Source: Candidatus Magasanikbacteria bacterium CG10_big_fil_rev_8_21_14_0_10_36_32 (lineage in GTDB: Bacteria; Patescibacteriota; Patescibacteriia; Magasanikbacterales; GWA2-37-8). From it: a DNA stretch of 64,000 bases. Location of the stretch: contig PFBV01000002.1 in NCBI GenBank assembly GCA_002778465.1, forward strand, positions 2,312-66,311, written 5' to 3'. Positions 46,142 through 53,717 of the stretch are shown piece after piece. Position 1 is the stretch's first letter. Each line of letters opens with the position of its first letter. Both the position numbers and the translations under genes were made by a program. The notes under the pieces are model-generated. The model saw nothing but the letters and a program-made list of their open reading frames with translations, was not told the DNA's origin and did not search any database.

Positions 46142-46852
46142 ATGGATAATTTTTTTAAGTTTATCAAAGATATTCTTTTTCCGATTTTTTGCGTTGATTG
46201 CGGAAAAGAAGGCGAATGGTGGTGTTCGCCTTGCCGTAAGAAAATCAAGTCAGTTTTAATTGCCAAATGTCCGGTTTGTCACCGCCATAGCGAATTTGGC
46301 GCAGTTTGTGTTGTTTGTCGCTCGGTTTCCTCTTTGGATGGTTTGGTTTCCTATTTGCCTTATTTTGAAAAATATCCGGCCGCTATTTTGATTCATAAAT
46401 TTAAATATCAATACGCTAAAGATATTGTTGAAATTTGGAAAAAAATAATGTCGCCGATAAATTTTTTTTGGTTGGAAAATAAAAAAACAGTTGCTATTAT
46501 TCCTGTGCCGTTGCACAGCCGGCGTGAACGGGAGCGCGGTTTTAATCAGGCCGATTTACTTGTCGGAGTTTTTCATGATAAAATGTCTGCTGAATTTTCA
46601 ACAGTTGATTTTCAGATTAATCGTGATTTAATTCGTCGCCGGTTTACTCAACAGCAGGCGAAATTGACTAAAGAGGAAAGGTTGGAAAATATAAAAGATG
46701 CTTTTGATTGGCAAGGCAAAGAATGTCCGAAAACGATTATTTTGATTGATGATGTTTTTACCAGTGGCGCCACTATGCAGGAATGCGCGAAAATTTTAAA
46801 ATCCGCCGGCGCGGAAATTGTTTGGGGTGTCACTCTGTCCAGAGCGGAGTAA
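46142..46852 (+). CDS. comFC: ComF-family protein (ComFC: double zinc ribbon plus phosphoribosyltransferase domain)
   Basis: CVDCGKEGEWWCSPC and CPVCHR...CVVCR zinc ribbons. PRTase loop IILIDDVFTSGATMQE. Confidence 0.8.
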   Translation: MDNFFKFIKDILFPIFCVDCGKEGEWWCSPCRKKIKSVLIAKCPVCHRHSEFGAVCVVCRSVSSLDGLVSYLPYFEKYPAAILIHKFKYQYAKDIVEIWKKIMSPINFFWLENKKTVAIIPVPLHSRRERERGFNQADLLVGVFHDKMSAEFSTVDFQINRDLIRRRFTQQQAKLTKEERLENIKDAFDWQGKECPKTIILIDDVFTSGATMQECAKILKSAGAEIVWGVTLSRAE

Positions 46853-46925
46853 ATATCCTTGACTTTGCATAAATAATGTGCTATTTTAAAATCATCTGCG
46901 CATAACAAACCATGGAGGTGATGAA

Positions 46926-47084
46926 ATGAGGCTGTTGGGTAGTTTCTTTGGTGGCGCGTCAATCGGAGGATTGATTGCTATGTTCATCACAATCCATCCG
47001 GAAATGGTAATTTTTTGGATGGTTTATAGCATCGTGTGCGCCATAATTTCTGCCGGAATGCTCATTGGGTCCAGAAACAAGTAG
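46926..47084 (+). CDS. 52-aa hydrophobic micro-protein (below the ORF-track threshold)
   Basis: GGAGGTG RBS 5 nt upstream of the ATG. Encodes MRLLGSFFGGASIGGLIAMFITIHPEMVIFWMVYSIVCAIISAGMLIGSRNK (two TM helices). A promoter-like TTGACT-N17-TATTTT lies at ~46859-46887, and a terminator follows at 47105. Confidence 0.4.
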   Translation: MRLLGSFFGGASIGGLIAMFITIHPEMVIFWMVYSIVCAIISAGMLIGSRNK

Positions 47085-47104
47085 TTCTTTTTTAGAAAAA
47101 TCCG

Positions 47105-47131
47105 CCAGCTGTTTTTAACAGCTGGCTTTTT
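47105..47131 (+). terminator. Rho-independent terminator
   Basis: CCAGCTG-tttttaa-CAGCTGG followed by CTTTTT. Confidence 0.65.
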
Positions 47132-47160
47132 AAATACCCATTTAAACGGGTATTTAAATA
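47130..47160. repeat. TTAAATACCCATTTAAAcGGGTATTTAAA palindrome (family also at 61888-61917 and 20451-20478)
   Basis: Near-perfect 30-bp palindrome. An almost identical copy (T instead of C at the centre) is at 61888-61917. Confidence 0.8.
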
Positions 47161-47180
47161 CGAGATGATTTGTTCAGTGT

Positions 47181-47209
47181 TTGACTTTTCAATTTATTTT
47201 TGCTATTAT
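47181..47209 (+). promoter_or_regulatory. Sigma70-like promoter positioned as for a tRNA gene
   Basis: TTGACT, 17 nt spacer, TATTAT. The -10 ends 12 nt before the GGAGAGG of the tRNA 5' fragment. Confidence 0.5.
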
Positions 47210-47221
47210 TATCCGAGAATT

Positions 47222-47273
47222 GGAGAGGTGGCTTCTGAGCTCCTGCCTGCCGGTAGGCAGGGGTCGAAAGCGG
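47222..47273 (+). pseudogene. Duplicated 5' portion (nt 1-29) of tRNA-Ser(GCU), interrupted by 3-nt and 20-nt insertions
   Basis: GGAGAGGTGGCT|tct|GAGCT|CCTGCCTGCCGGTAGGCAGG|GGTCGAAAGCGG compared with the tRNA 5' end GGAGAGGTGGCTGAGCTGGTCGAAAGCGG at 47529-47557. All 29 shared nt are identical. Confidence 0.7.
47242..47261. repeat. 20-bp GC-rich palindrome CCTGCCTGCCGGtAGGCAGG (second copy at 53222-53241)
   Basis: One mismatch from a perfect palindrome. The perfect copy CCTGCCTGCCGGCAGGCAGG is at 53222-53241. GC content contrasts strongly with the background. Confidence 0.8.
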
Positions 47274-47528
47274 TAATAAAATTTATGTATTGCGTGTATT
47301 TTTTACAAAGTCTGAAAGATAAAGGTTTGTACATCGGAAAAACGAATAATATTAAACGTCGGTTATCTGAACACAACGCCGGTAAAGTTCAATCGACAAA
47401 AAGTAGAAAACCTTTTATTTTGTTGGGATTAGAAAAATACCAAACAGAAAAAGAATGTTTGGCGGCAGAATTAGAATGGAAAAAAGGATATAAACGCGAA
47501 CAATTAAAAGTTAGATATAGTCTATAAT
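47274..47528 (+). mobile_element. GIY-YIG cassette lying between the tRNA-Ser 5' duplicate and the intact tRNA-Ser
   Basis: The cassette is bounded by 29-nt direct repeats (the tRNA 5' part). It contains only the 80-aa GIY-YIG ORF, whose stop is 1 nt from tRNA position 1. Confidence 0.45.
47285..47527 (+). CDS. Small GIY-YIG nuclease-superfamily protein (paralog of 14865-15125)
   Basis: MYCVYFLQSLKDKGLYIGKTNNIKRRLSEHNAGKV...KPFILL. The start is taken at ATG 47285 because the longer track ORF (47165) reads through the tRNA fragment and the palindrome. Confidence 0.75.
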   Translation: MYCVYFLQSLKDKGLYIGKTNNIKRRLSEHNAGKVQSTKSRKPFILLGLEKYQTEKECLAAELEWKKGYKREQLKVRYSL

Positions 47529-47624
<96 letters not shown>

Positions 47625-47781
47625 GGACAATTTAGTATCGGATAGACCCGAGTAATGGTGAAGAATCCGTGATCCGACTGCCTAAAAAATTGTAATAAAA
47701 ACAACGATTTTCTGGTCGCTGTTTTTTTAATAAAAAATAGGTTCTTCAATAAGGTGAATATTTGAGTTATAATATAAGCAA

Positions 47782-47967
47782 ATGAACTGCCCCGATATGA
47801 AGAATAAACTTTTATACTGTATCCCAAAAATTCTAGCAATACTGCTGGGGATATTTTTTATCATTTTCGGTGAATTTGATGATAGTCCCGGAGCGCAACT
47901 ATTAGGTGTGGTATTAGTTGTGATCGGTATTGTTAGTATATTTAAAAACAATAAAAAATCTGCATGA
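47782..47967 (+). CDS. Small two-TM membrane protein
   Basis: 61 aa. Preceded by TTCAAT-N17-TATAAT at ~47745-47773. Two hydrophobic helices. An alternative ATG is at 47797. Confidence 0.4.
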   Translation: MNCPDMKNKLLYCIPKILAILLGIFFIIFGEFDDSPGAQLLGVVLVVIGIVSIFKNNKKSA

Positions 47968-48003
47968 AATTTTTTAACCAAGATTTTATTTAACGGGGTA
48001 AAT

Positions 48004-49569
48004 ATGAATAATCATTTAAAATCAATTTTAAAAATCCTGTTAATCGTTTTGTCCTACACTTTCATCATCTGCATTTTTTCCAACAGCTATGACTATGATT
48101 TAGGCTGGCATTTGAGATTTGGCAAAGAATTTTGGGAAAGTTTGAAATTTTCTTTTACCGACACTTACACTTGGCAACATTTTGGACAGTTTTGGACAAA
48201 TCATGAATGGGGAGGTGATTTATTGTTTTGGCCGATTTACAACGATCTTTCTTATTTTGGCTTAATTTTATTAGTCGCTTTGTCGCCGTTGGCGGCGTTT
48301 TTAATTGTTTTGAAAATTTTTCAGCCGCGATGGACGATAGCCGGATTGATTTTAATTTTTGTTTTTTTATGGACAATGCCGCATATCCTGATTTTGCGTT
48401 TGGCAATGTTAACGCCGTTATTTTTGGCAATTCTTTGGTATTTTTTGGAAAAATTTCCTAAGCAAAATAATTATTTTTTTTGGCCGTTGGTATTATGGTT
48501 TTGGTCAATTTTGCATGGCAGTTGGATTTTAGGTTTTATTGTGATTGGTATTTATAGTTTTGGAAATATTTTAAATTTGGTGGCGAAAAAATATTGCCCG
48601 CGTTTTCATAATCCAAAATTATGGTCAATTAAAGATATTCGGAATGCTATTGTTTGGACTTTGATTTCCGCCGGCGTGATTTGCATTAATCCTTATGGTT
48701 GGCATATTTGGCAAGAAGTTATAAATTATTTTTCTTTGTCATTTTACAAATTGCATATCTTGGAATGGGTGCCGAGTTATGTTTATCCGATTTATTGGAA
48801 ACCGCTGTTTATTATGGGCGCCGGCATTCCGTTGGCAGTTTGGGGTTTTGTTAAAAAAAGAGTGACTTTACCGCAAATTCTCTTATTCGCCGCTCTTTGG
48901 TTGGCCGCTTGGCAATATAAACGGCAGGCGATTTTATTTTTATTGGTTTGTCTGTCGTTGTTTTCAGGTTGTTGGGAAATAGTAAAATCAAGGTTATTAA
49001 ATCGTTTTACAATCAAAGTTGTTTATTTTTTTCCGATTATTGCCGTGTTTTTATTAATCGTCGGTTATTTAATCAGGATTGATTGGACAAAAGATATTTG
49101 GAATAATCAAAGTTTATTATCTGCTAACACCATGCCGGTTGAAGCGGTTGAATTTTTGAAGGAACGAACTGTCGGACACACAACTTTTGTATTTAATGAA
49201 TTCAGCTGGGGCGGATATATGAATTGGACATGGCCGGAGGGGTTGGTTTTTTTTGACGGTCGTGGCGCCGCCACTTGGATGTATGATAAAAAAACAACAA
49301 TGACTGAAAAATATTTTAATATTAAATATGAAGCCGGCGGATTTGAATTTTTAGAAGCTTCTCCGGCTGAATATATCATACTCAGTAAAGATGTTATCGC
49401 TTATCCGCCACCGGATAAATTAAACCGGTTGTTTTTTGGACAAAAAGATTTGGATAAAATTTTAAAACCCGCTTCGCCACAGCTTCAGCAAATGCTTGAC
49501 CGGAGCCAAAGTTGGCAAAATATCTATGAAGATGAAGTTTGTAATGTTTGGCAACGGTTCAGCCGATAA
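48004..49569 (+). CDS. Polytopic membrane protein with a C-terminal soluble domain (GT-C-like topology, function unknown)
   Basis: ~12 TM helices followed by a ~150-aa soluble tail. No diagnostic motif recognised. Confidence 0.55.
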   Translation: MNNHLKSILKILLIVLSYTFIICIFSNSYDYDLGWHLRFGKEFWESLKFSFTDTYTWQHFGQFWTNHEWGGDLLFWPIYNDLSYFGLILLVALSPLAAFLIVLKIFQPRWTIAGLILIFVFLWTMPHILILRLAMLTPLFLAILWYFLEKFPKQNNYFFWPLVLWFWSILHGSWILGFIVIGIYSFGNILNLVAKKYCPRFHNPKLWSIKDIRNAIVWTLISAGVICINPYGWHIWQEVINYFSLSFYKLHILEWVPSYVYPIYWKPLFIMGAGIPLAVWGFVKKRVTLPQILLFAALWLAAWQYKRQAILFLLVCLSLFSGCWEIVKSRLLNRFTIKVVYFFPIIAVFLLIVGYLIRIDWTKDIWNNQSLLSANTMPVEAVEFLKERTVGHTTFVFNEFSWGGYMNWTWPEGLVFFDGRGAATWMYDKKTTMTEKYFNIKYEAGGFEFLEASPAEYIILSKDVIAYPPPDKLNRLFFGQKDLDKILKPASPQLQQMLDRSQSWQNIYEDEVCNVWQRFSR

Positions 49570-49627
49570 AAACAAATTAGTCATTTTAACGTAAAAATAG
49601 TATAATATATGTATAATTATACTATTT

Positions 49628-50293
49628 ATGAAAAAAATCCTGTTTTTATTTGTTGTTTTAACGCTTTGTCTTGCTGGAACAGTTGATGCTCATCAACCAA
49701 GATTGGTATTTGGCGGGAATGTTGTTGATATTAAAAATCCTGAAATATCCCAAGCATTTTACAGCGAGTTAAAAGGAGAGCCGGCTTATTATCAGATAAA
49801 ATCCGATGATTATTTTGATTTTTATGCCAACCTTTTAGTGCCGAACATTAAAGAAATAAAAACTGATGTTTCAGCCGAAGTGACCGATGAAAATGGGGCA
49901 ATAATATTTTTTTTGGATGGTCCAGAACAAAAAGAATGGAAATCTTTTTATGAACCGTTTGCCGGCGATTCATATTTAAAAGGTCCTGAAGCAAAAGTGC
50001 CCGAGGGAGAAAAAATGCTGCCGGGAAATTATCAGATAAAAGTATTCAGTTCTAACAATAATAGCAAGTATGTGTTAGTGGTGGGGGAGAAAGAAAGTTT
50101 TCCTATTACAGAAATTATCAATATGGTTAAAGTGTTGCCAATTTTAAAATCAGATTTTTTTGGAAAACCGCCGTTGTTCGCTTTTTTTAATTTAACCGGA
50201 TTGGTTTTACTGGTTCCATTTGTGGTTTTATTTGGATTGGCGATGGTCGCGATTTTGAAGATAAAAAAACAAAAAAGAAAAAAAGTGGTATAA
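49628..50293 (+). CDS. Secreted protein with signal peptide and C-terminal TM anchor
   Basis: Signal peptide MKKILFLFVVLTLCLAGTVDA. C-terminal helix plus KKQKRKKVV tail. Confidence 0.55.
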   Translation: MKKILFLFVVLTLCLAGTVDAHQPRLVFGGNVVDIKNPEISQAFYSELKGEPAYYQIKSDDYFDFYANLLVPNIKEIKTDVSAEVTDENGAIIFFLDGPEQKEWKSFYEPFAGDSYLKGPEAKVPEGEKMLPGNYQIKVFSSNNNSKYVLVVGEKESFPITEIINMVKVLPILKSDFFGKPPLFAFFNLTGLVLLVPFVVLFGLAMVAILKIKKQKRKKVV

Positions 50294-50337
50294 TATATTA
50301 AAGTTTTTAAACTTAATAAATTATAAGTTAATTAAGT

Positions 50338-50787
50338 ATGTTAGATGAATCGAAAAAATTTGATTTGCCGGTCGGCATGGGTGATGATATTGATGAAGAT
50401 TTAATGATTTTTTCGTCTTTGAAAAAAGCCGCCGAGTCGGCTGTTTTAGAAGATGGAGATGAGGGGCAATTAACCGTTGATGTGGCGGAAACCGAAACAG
50501 AACTGATTATTGTTTCAACCATGGCCGGAACACCGAAAGATAAAGTTGAATTGCATTTGAACAATGATTTATTGACCATTAAAGGAGAACGAACTCCGCC
50601 GATTTCATCGGAAGCCGCTTATCATTACCATGAATGTTATTGGGGGAAATTTTCCCGCAGTATTGTTTTGCCGGTTGATGTCAGAGCGGATTTGGCCATC
50701 GCTGAATATAAAAACGGCTTGTTGATTGTCCGTCTGCCAAAAATTAAAACTGATCAGTCAATTCCGGTATATATAATAGAAGAGTAA
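50338..50787 (+). CDS. Hsp20/alpha-crystallin small heat-shock protein
   Basis: ACD motifs: VDVAETETELIIVSTMAGTPKDKVELHLNNDLLTIKGER, GKFSRSIVLP and AEYKNGLLIVRLPK. Confidence 0.85.
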   Translation: MLDESKKFDLPVGMGDDIDEDLMIFSSLKKAAESAVLEDGDEGQLTVDVAETETELIIVSTMAGTPKDKVELHLNNDLLTIKGERTPPISSEAAYHYHECYWGKFSRSIVLPVDVRADLAIAEYKNGLLIVRLPKIKTDQSIPVYIIEE

Positions 50788-50799
50788 ATTTGATAAAAT

Positions 50800-52797
50800 A
50801 TGGCCGAAGGTGCAATTAAAAAAATCGCGGAAAAAATACAGCTTATTCCAGCCAGGAAAAATAATTGGAAAACCGTCGTAATAATATTGGCGGTTGTTTT
50901 TGGTTTATTGGCGGTTGTGTTCGGCGTATCAGTCGTTTATTCCAAAACATACGTTGGAAAAGTTTATCCCGGAATTTATCTTGGGCATTATGATTTGTCA
51001 GGTTGGACAGCCGATGATGTAAAAAAGTTTGTTGATAGTTTTAGCCGACGTTTATCTCAGGAAGGATTGGTTTATATGTTTGAGCAAAACGGGCAATCGC
51101 AAAGAGTAGCGGTTAATCCGGCGCTTATTTCCAGCGAAGCGGCCATTGAAACGATTTTTTTAAGCAATAAAGAATTTGCCGGTGAAATTTTAAATATTGG
51201 CAGGGGAGAATCTTTTTGGTTTAAAAAAATGTGGCTGCCGTTGTGGTATAGAATAAAAACGATTCATTTGTCTTTGCCGGTGAAAATTGACCGTCAGAAT
51301 TTTCAAGGGATTATAGAAAACGCGTTAGAGGGATATGTGATTGAACCGCGTGACGCCAATATTCATTTGAGCAGTATTAATCCGTTGGCTTATGAGCTGA
51401 CTTTAGAACAATCAGGTGAAGTTTTTGATTATGAACAAATTATAGATGATACAGTTCAAAAATTATCTGAGCCGTCGCTGGAATCAATCGTTATTTCAAA
51501 ACGGTTGGTTATTCCATCGGTGACAAAAAAAGATTTAGCGGCAGCTGAAGAAAATATTTTAAGGGCGTTTAATTTTGGTCCGGCGATATTATCCCATACC
51601 GATACCGATGCCAAAGAAACTCAAGTTTGGTCGGTTGGTCCGGAATTATTGGTAAAATGGTTAAAACCTGTTTATGATTCCACCGGGAAAATTAAGTTGG
51701 AATTAAAAGAAAAAGAAGTGGGTCAATATTTGGAAAATTTGAGGGTGATTGTTGATCAGCCGGCTGAGGATGCTAAATTTTCAATGGAAAATGGCAAGGT
51801 GAGTGAATTTAAAAATGGTCATTCCGGACGCAGTTTGAATGTGGCTAAAACTTACGGTGAATTAAATAATTTATTTATCAAAATAAGCCAAGGAGAAAAT
51901 GTTGATAAAACAGTTATTAATTTAGCGGTTGACCAAACCGAACCGAAATTGAAATTATCCGATATTAATGATTATGGAATTACCGGAATATTCGGCGTTG
52001 GTACTTCAACTTTTTATGATAGTCATAATAACCGCATTAAAAATATTGCCAACGCAGTTGAACGGTTGAATGGTATAATTATCAAGCCGGGGGAAGAATT
52101 TTCTTCTATTAAATATGCCGGTTCATTTACTGAAGAAAATGGATTTTTACCGGAAGAAATAATCAAAGGCAATAAAATTATTAAAGAAGTCGGAGGAGGA
52201 ATGTGTCAGATTGGCACCACTTTGTTCAGAATGGCCATGAATTCCGGTATGCCGATTACAGAACGAACCAATCATTCTTTGGTGGTTGGTTATTATGCAG
52301 ATCCAATTAATGGAAATCCGGGTACGGACGCTACTTTGTATGAACCAATTTTGGATTTTAAATTTATGAATGATACCGGCGGTTATTTGTTGTTGCAAAC
52401 GGAAATTAATTATAAAAAACAAATGTTGATTTTTACTTTGTGGGGAACACCTGATGGTCGTTCTGGATTTTATAGCCGTCCGATAGTGAGTAAATGGATT
52501 CCAGCCGGTTTGCCGCAAGAAATAAAAACAACCACTTTAAAACCTGGTGAGACAAAATGTCAAAATGCATTTCGTGGCGCGAACGCCAGTTTTACATATA
52601 CTCGGTTTAATCAATCGGGTGAAAAAATTGAACGGGTATTTTCCAGTTATTACCGTCCGTTGCCAAAAATGTGTATGACTGGCATTAGTCCGAATGAATG
52701 CCCTGACGGAAAAACAACTTGTGATATTATTGTTAAAAATACAGCCACCAGTACGCCTTCGGCCACACCGAATTCTCAACCTCTTTTAGCTGACTAG
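50800..52797 (+). CDS. VanW-family protein, membrane anchored
   Basis: N-terminal TM helix. The C-terminal VanW core is GGGMCQIGTTLFRMAMNSGMPITERTNHS..YY. Confidence 0.8.
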   Translation: MAEGAIKKIAEKIQLIPARKNNWKTVVIILAVVFGLLAVVFGVSVVYSKTYVGKVYPGIYLGHYDLSGWTADDVKKFVDSFSRRLSQEGLVYMFEQNGQSQRVAVNPALISSEAAIETIFLSNKEFAGEILNIGRGESFWFKKMWLPLWYRIKTIHLSLPVKIDRQNFQGIIENALEGYVIEPRDANIHLSSINPLAYELTLEQSGEVFDYEQIIDDTVQKLSEPSLESIVISKRLVIPSVTKKDLAAAEENILRAFNFGPAILSHTDTDAKETQVWSVGPELLVKWLKPVYDSTGKIKLELKEKEVGQYLENLRVIVDQPAEDAKFSMENGKVSEFKNGHSGRSLNVAKTYGELNNLFIKISQGENVDKTVINLAVDQTEPKLKLSDINDYGITGIFGVGTSTFYDSHNNRIKNIANAVERLNGIIIKPGEEFSSIKYAGSFTEENGFLPEEIIKGNKIIKEVGGGMCQIGTTLFRMAMNSGMPITERTNHSLVVGYYADPINGNPGTDATLYEPILDFKFMNDTGGYLLLQTEINYKKQMLIFTLWGTPDGRSGFYSRPIVSKWIPAGLPQEIKTTTLKPGETKCQNAFRGANASFTYTRFNQSGEKIERVFSSYYRPLPKMCMTGISPNECPDGKTTCDIIVKNTATSTPSATPNSQPLLAD

Positions 52798-52822
52798 CTG
52801 TGTTGGCAGGATAATTTAAACT

Positions 52823-53061
52823 AAAAAACAAACCACCCCGCATTATTTTGCGGGGTGGTTTAATTGATATTGGGGGAATGAACCCCCTAGAGTTCCGTAT
52901 TCAAGAAGATGTGTCAAAGGTGGAGATAAGCCGTGGCCTATGCAGACCGTTAACACATCCCCATGCTTGTGGTGAATACGGGAAATTGCTCGTTTTTTCT
53001 CGTTAAAAGGGGCAATTTCTCGTATTCTTACAGCATTGGATGTCCGTAGATTTTCAAACAA
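52823..53061 (-). ncRNA. Candidate ~240-nt structured non-coding RNA (class unknown)
   Basis: A minus-strand promoter (TTGACA-N17-TACAAT, 53096-53068) and the terminator at 52861-52823 bracket a region with no ATG-initiated ORF or RBS. It contains a 16-bp stem with one mismatch (GAATACGAGAAATTGC / GCAATTTCCCGTATTC, plus-strand coordinates 52974-53027). A competing GAATACGG segment and a GGGGG-n6-CCCCC hairpin are also present. Confidence 0.35.
52830..52861. terminator. Bidirectional terminator
   Basis: AAACCACCCCGC-attatttt-GCGGGGTGGTTT with A-run and T-run flanks on both sides. Confidence 0.8.
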
Positions 53062-53067
53062 CAAAGT

Positions 53068-53096
53068 ATTGTATCACATCTAAATCATTTTGTCAA
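53068..53096 (-). promoter_or_regulatory. Near-consensus sigma70 promoter with no downstream CDS
   Basis: On the minus strand: TTGACA (53096-53091), 17 nt spacer, TACAAT (53073-53068). Confidence 0.5.
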
Positions 53097-53212
53097 CCCC
53101 GTTAGAAAAGCCAATTGAAAAATTTTAGTAATCTTAGCCTAAAAATTGAATAATACCCTGTGGATAAACCTTTAGAAAAGCATCTTTTCGTGGAATAATT
53201 TTCTAACGGGGT
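53096..53212. repeat. ORF-less element bounded by a perfect 14-bp inverted repeat related to the GIY-YIG cassette IR
   Basis: ACCCCGTTAGAAAA at 53096-53109 and TTTTCTAACGGGGT at 53199-53212. It shares the 11-mer ACCCCGTTAGA with the IR at 14847/15123. The interior is 89 nt and non-coding. Confidence 0.55.
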
Positions 53213-53214
53213 CA

Positions 53215-53290
53215 AGCCCGACCTGCCTGCCGGCAGGCAGGCGTAAAAAAGTCGGGGTCCCGACCCCCCAAAGGGGCGTCGGGAGGGATC
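53215..53290. repeat. GC-rich cluster of nested hairpins including the 20-bp palindrome
   Basis: CCCGAC[CTGCCTGCCGGCAGGCAGG..]GTCGGG, then CCCGAC[CCCC-caaa-GGGG]cGTCGGG. Very GC-rich relative to its surroundings. Confidence 0.6.
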
Positions 53291-53423
53291 AATTTAGTCA
53301 TTTTTTGGTTTAAACTGGGGAAAAATATTATTTTTGGCTAATGTTAGGGTTAAAATCTGTATTATCCGTATTTTGTTTATTAATTCAAGTCAATGTGTTA
53401 ATTTTATTTATTTTTATTTCAGA

Positions 53424-53454
53424 ATAAAACAAAAACCCCGCATTTACGGGGTTT
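53424..53454 (-). terminator. Rho-independent terminator for the 52-aa ORF
   Basis: On the minus strand: AAACCCCG-taaatg-CGGGGTTT followed by TTGTTTT. Confidence 0.7.
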
Positions 53455-53473
53455 GAAGAACAATAAAGGTATT

Positions 53474-53632
53474 TTATTTGCGATTGTGTATGATGTTATA
53501 GAAAAATTCAGCGCTGACTGCGCCAAGGGCTATACCAAACAGAATACCAATCGCGCCCAATGAATTTTTGAATAAGAATCCGATGACTCCTCCGGCCACA
53601 GCTCCAATGAGCATAATTGATTTGTCCAACAT
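53474..53632 (-). CDS. 52-aa glycine-zipper-like hydrophobic micro-protein
   Basis: AGGAG RBS before the ATG at 53632 (the track ORF extends to 53680). Encodes MLDKSIMLIGAVAGGVIGFLFKNSLGAIGILFGIALGAVSAEFFYNIIHNRK. It has its own promoter-like TTGACA-N17-TATCTT and its own terminator. Confidence 0.45.
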   Translation of the reverse strand: MLDKSIMLIGAVAGGVIGFLFKNSLGAIGILFGIALGAVSAEFFYNIIHNRK

Positions 53633-53717
53633 TATTTGTCTCCTTGGTTTTGGTTGCGTATTAAAAAGAACATTGTTCAAAAGATAGCATTTTTATATAG
53701 ATGTGTCAATTATAGAT

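Noticed and set aside
36961-46852. The T4SS-like block as a prophage or integrative conjugative element.
   Set aside because: No integrase, relaxase, coupling protein, replication genes, phage structural genes or flanking direct repeats were recognised. Composition matches the host background, except for the small lipoprotein gene.
47165-47284. The long form of the second GIY-YIG ORF, starting at 47165.
   Set aside because: The extension translates the promoter, the tRNA 5' fragment and the GC palindrome. The paralog alignment begins at Met 47285.
50294-50337. A CIRCE/HrcA operator upstream of hsp20.
   Set aside because: Only a short AAGTTTTTAAACTT palindrome is present. There is no TTAGCACTC-N9-GAGTGCTAA-like sequence.
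52843-53064. A 73-aa minus-strand ORF in the 675-bp intergenic region.
   Set aside because: It has a TTG start and no RBS, it reads through the terminator stem-loop, and its composition follows RNA hairpins. It is better explained as a non-coding transcript (see the ncRNA finding).
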